20,000 nucleotides of DNA, taken from the IMG/VR virus record IMGVR_UViG_3300045051_001511; one strand, given 5' to 3'. Every line of letters begins with the position of its first letter. Position 1 is the stretch's first letter. The notes under the pieces were generated by a model, which was given only the letters and a program-made list of their open reading frames with translations, did no database searches and was not told the origin of the DNA. The translations under genes were made by a program, and so were the position numbers. This document shows positions 17,713 to 20,000 of this stretch, piece by piece. This DNA comes from an uncultured virus (IMG/VR IMGVR_UViG_3300045051_001511). Its lineage: Duplodnaviria > Heunggongvirae > Uroviricota > Caudoviricetes.

Positions 17713-18152
17713 TAGACAAGGTCCAAATTATCGCCAAGGCGACGGGAGAATCCGGATGCTACGCCCTCACCGGCCTAAAGATTGCCGAACGAGGCGGGCA
17801 CGCGCTTCCCATTCTCGAGACTATCGCTGCCGAGATGGCCAAGGGCAATCTAGGGAGCGACTGCTTTCTGAAAGATCCGGATGCTTATTTCAGCGACCTT
17901 TTCGGCGAACCCATGGAGGTAATTAAGGCAGGGCCAGGGCATCCCCTCCCCCTCGATTATAAGCTCCAACCCAACGAGGCAGAGGCCCTTCGCTTCGAAC
18001 GCCCCGGAGAAAAACCCGGCGATGAGCCTCTTGCGCATTTCGTCGAAGGCGCCGGGGACGGAAAGACCGTCTCCTGGGATCCATGGCCAGGGAGCAGAAC
18101 GGTCCGCGATGGCAAGCTCGTTTCCCGCCGCATAATAAGGCGAAAGAATTGA
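17709..18152 (+). CDS. Papain-like Cys-His-Asp peptidase (DUF261-like), putative endolysin
   Basis: SD GGAGG. Motifs Q...GCY, HFV and WDP match the C39-like catalytic order. Sits between two membrane-protein genes. Confidence 0.6.
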   Translation: MIDKVQIIAKATGESGCYALTGLKIAERGGHALPILETIAAEMAKGNLGSDCFLKDPDAYFSDLFGEPMEVIKAGPGHPLPLDYKLQPNEAEALRFERPGEKPGDEPLAHFVEGAGDGKTVSWDPWPGSRTVRDGKLVSRRIIRRKN

Positions 18153-18379
18153 AGAAAAGTCGCATGACGAAATCAAAGGCCTTCTGGGCATCCTATTGGG
18201 GGCTCCTCGGCTGCTACGGGCTCACAGCCTGGCTTGTCCCCGCTGCACTGCCCTCGGTTGGCCCGGGCATCGTTCTGGGCATCGCGGCCGCCGGCGGGCT
18301 CTATCAGGCAGCCAATGTTGCGGACAACCAGGTGAAGGGAGCGCACTATCGCCCCGAGCTCGACAAGGAGGGGCCGTGA
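18149..18379 (+). CDS. Two-TM holin-like protein (alternative start at 18164)
   Basis: TTGA overlap. Basic N-terminus (KSKAFW), two hydrophobic segments and a charged C-terminus. Confidence 0.6.
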   Translation: MKKSRMTKSKAFWASYWGLLGCYGLTAWLVPAALPSVGPGIVLGIAAAGGLYQAANVADNQVKGAHYRPELDKEGP

Positions 18380-18909
18380 GATGCGTATTCGTGGTGGTCT
18401 TGTTCTTCTCGTTCTCGGTGTCGTCCTGGGGGCAGGCGGAGTCCTCCTCGCCGACCGACTTTCCCTTATTAATCTTAGCGCCCCCGTATCAATCGACACC
18501 CTTTCTCCCGCGGCTCGGGCCGCTATCAATAGCGCCGAAGCTGCCGCCGTCAAGCACGGTACCGGCGCCGGAGTCAACGCAGGGCTTACCGCTCTACACA
18601 GAGGAACAGGCGCAGGCGGCGATAAGAGTAGCAGCAGCCGAGGCGGCCCAGGTGGCTGTCGCTGAGGCTGTGCCGGCGGCCGTCGAGATCGCGCTGAAGG
18701 ATTATTCGAGGAGAGAGGGCTTCAAAGTGGGCCTGTGGCGCGTCGCCGCACTGTCCCTAGGGTCTGCGCTCGCTGGGAGCCTCCTCAATGCAAGACCGAC
18801 TCGGGGAGCTGCCTGGGGTGCAGGGATAGGCGCGGCCGCCGGCGGGATTTGGCTTGTCCTGGAGCGCTGGCCGCCAGCCGTGAAAAGGCCATTGGAATCG
18901 CTACCGTAG
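18376..18909 (+). CDS. Secreted spanin-like protein: signal peptide, Pro-rich linker, Ala-rich helix, C-terminal hydrophobic anchor
   Basis: GTG at 18376 overlaps the holin stop and follows AAGGAGG. N-terminus MRCVFVVVLFFSFSVSSWGQ. C-terminal Gly-zipper hydrophobic segments. Confidence 0.55.
   Translation: MRCVFVVVLFFSFSVSSWGQAESSSPTDFPLLILAPPYQSTPFLPRLGPLSIAPKLPPSSTVPAPESTQGLPLYTEEQAQAAIRVAAAEAAQVAVAEAVPAAVEIALKDYSRREGFKVGLWRVAALSLGSALAGSLLNARPTRGAAWGAGIGAAAGGIWLVLERWPPAVKRPLESLP
18381..18665 (+). CDS. Nested out-of-frame membrane protein (i-spanin-like)
   Basis: ATG lies 9 nt after AAGGAGG. N-terminal TM GGLVLLVLGVVLGAGGVLL, then an Ala-rich helix. Fully embedded in 18376-18909. Confidence 0.5.
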   Translation: MRIRGGLVLLVLGVVLGAGGVLLADRLSLINLSAPVSIDTLSPAARAAINSAEAAAVKHGTGAGVNAGLTALHRGTGAGGDKSSSSRGGPGGCR

Positions 18910-18937
18910 GAGTCCCGGGGAGGGCGAAGTCTTGGCG

Positions 18938-18966
18938 GGTCGGGTTGAGACACCGGCCTCTTATTT
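18938..18966 (+). terminator. Possible weak intrinsic terminator of the late operon
   Basis: GGTCGG...CCGGCC stem followed by TCTTATTT, at the convergence with the minus-strand cluster. Confidence 0.25.
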
Positions 18967-19200
18967 ATGCAAGACCTTAATAGTCAGCGTTCCCATCGCA
19001 GGCCCACGCGCGATTCCCAGGCAGAGGTCCGCCAGCTCGCCCGCCTCCATCCCGCGCCATGTCTCGGACCATGTTGGCATGGCGTTTGCTTTATCCATCC
19101 CGACGCCCAGCCCCCACAACCAGTCGGTGAAAGCTATGAAGCCGGCTATATCGATTTCCTCGGCGTGGGACATTTTTGAGGTTTGATAGGAGAATCTCAT
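18961..19200 (-). CDS. Small hypothetical protein
   Basis: Its ATG overlaps the HTH gene stop (ATGA coupling at 19197-19200). 79 aa. Confidence 0.5.
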   Translation of the reverse strand: MRFSYQTSKMSHAEEIDIAGFIAFTDWLWGLGVGMDKANAMPTWSETWRGMEAGELADLCLGIARGPAMGTLTIKVLHK

Positions 19201-19430
19201 GCTGAGATGACCGCGAGCCGGTACTCGTCCAGCGTCATCGTCCCCGTATAGAGCCTCAGGAGTATCCAAGCCGCCCATGGAATGCTTCGAGACCCCGGCT
19301 GATCCTTAGGCGCTGTCCAGCGACGGACTGCGCGGGAATCCACGCCGACCAATTTCCCGGCCTGGGCCCCGGTCATCTCGTGCGCAAGCAGAAAAGCGCG
19401 AAAATCCTCAGGGCTAGGTACCTCATACAT
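19197..19430 (-). CDS. HTH transcriptional repressor, KorC/Aca-like
   Basis: SD GAGG precedes the ATG at 19430. PSPEDFRAFL...MTGAQAGKLVGVDSRAVRRW....IPWAAWILL matches the KorC/Aca1-type HTH pattern. Confidence 0.75.
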   Translation of the reverse strand: MYEVPSPEDFRAFLLAHEMTGAQAGKLVGVDSRAVRRWTAPKDQPGSRSIPWAAWILLRLYTGTMTLDEYRLAVISA

Positions 19431-19635
19431 AGTTCGCCTCAGCAATCGCTTCGATAATCGTTACTTCCTCGGCTATTGGCCGCCCCATCGCATCTTCAGA
19501 GCCGAGTAGTGCGGGGAATTCCAGGTACTGCAAGCCGGCGGCCAAAAGCTTCGCGCGGGCGGCCGCCTTCTTATCCTCGACTTTCGCCGCCGAGATCCTT
19601 AAGCCGTGGTCTGATGATCTGATCACATATTTCAT
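19423..19635 (-). CDS. Small hypothetical protein
   Basis: SD GAGGAAGG upstream. 70 aa, overlapping the start of the HTH gene. Confidence 0.6.
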   Translation of the reverse strand: MKYVIRSSDHGLRISAAKVEDKKAAARAKLLAAGLQYLEFPALLGSEDAMGRPIAEEVTIIEAIAEANYV

Positions 19636-19660
19636 AGCTACCTTCCTCGCTTTTGGGATA

Positions 19661-19678
19661 GGGGCCCTTTCGGGCCCC
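19661..19678 (-). promoter_or_regulatory. GNRA-capped hairpin between genes of the minus-strand cluster
   Basis: Reads GGGGCCC-GAAA-GGGCCCC on the minus strand. No good U-tract. Confidence 0.55.
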
Positions 19679-19685
19679 CGTTGGG

Positions 19686-20000
19686 TTATAGGAACCGGAC
19701 CTCGTGGTCCTTGCGGATCATAACCGCTTCCTGTTTGAGCTCGACCTTGATCCTAGAGGCGAGTCGCTCGACGAGCCCGTCATCCTCGGTGTCGAAGGCA
19801 GCCTCGACGAGGTAGACGCGCTCCTCGATAAGCTCGCCGGACTCGGCACGGTAGCCCCCAGTCGCGACGGTCTCAGTATAGCCGCCGAAAGCCGCGGCGA
19901 ACGCCCCCTTGACTTCGATGCGCAGGGCATCGACGATGGCGGTCGGGGCCACCTGGTTAAAGATTGTGGAAGGGATCACGATCACGTAGAAGTGGTTCAT
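19686..20000 (-). CDS. Putative S-adenosylmethionine lyase (T3 SAMase/DUF3574-like ferredoxin fold)
   Basis: Motif order FYVIV...FGGYT...TGGYR...EE..YLV...LKQEAVMI. The ATG is at the window edge, so the true start may lie further upstream. Confidence 0.55.
   Translation of the reverse strand: MNHFYVIVIPSTIFNQVAPTAIVDALRIEVKGAFAAAFGGYTETVATGGYRAESGELIEERVYLVEAAFDTEDDGLVERLASRIKVELKQEAVMIRKDHEVRFL

Noticed and set aside
19197..19635. Toxin-antitoxin pair
   Set aside because: The 70-aa ORF upstream of the HTH shows no RelE, HicA or other toxin motif that I recognise. Not fully excluded.

Overview
One continuous stretch of a tailed (siphovirus-type) phage or prophage. On the + strand: a replication-initiator-like gene with an internal iteron and DnaA-box origin, a strongly structured ~180-nt leader, terS, PBSX-type terL, portal, two small head/neck genes, a MuF-like minor head protein, scaffold, P22-coat-like major capsid, decoration and neck genes, tail tube, a tail chaperone pair with a probable -1 frameshift, tape measure, one large fused tail/receptor-binding protein, two fibre-accessory genes and an atypical lysis cassette. 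The lysis cassette has holin-like genes, a small Cys-His-Asp (DUF261/papain-like) candidate endolysin and a nested out-of-frame spanin-like gene pair. No tail sheath gene was seen. At the right end, a convergent minus-strand cluster of four small genes looks like an anti-defence operon: a putative SAM lyase, a small unknown, a KorC/Aca-like HTH repressor and a second small unknown. The DUF261-like lysin hints at a spirochaete host, which is inference only. All family assignments come from motif recognition and gene order; no database search was run.
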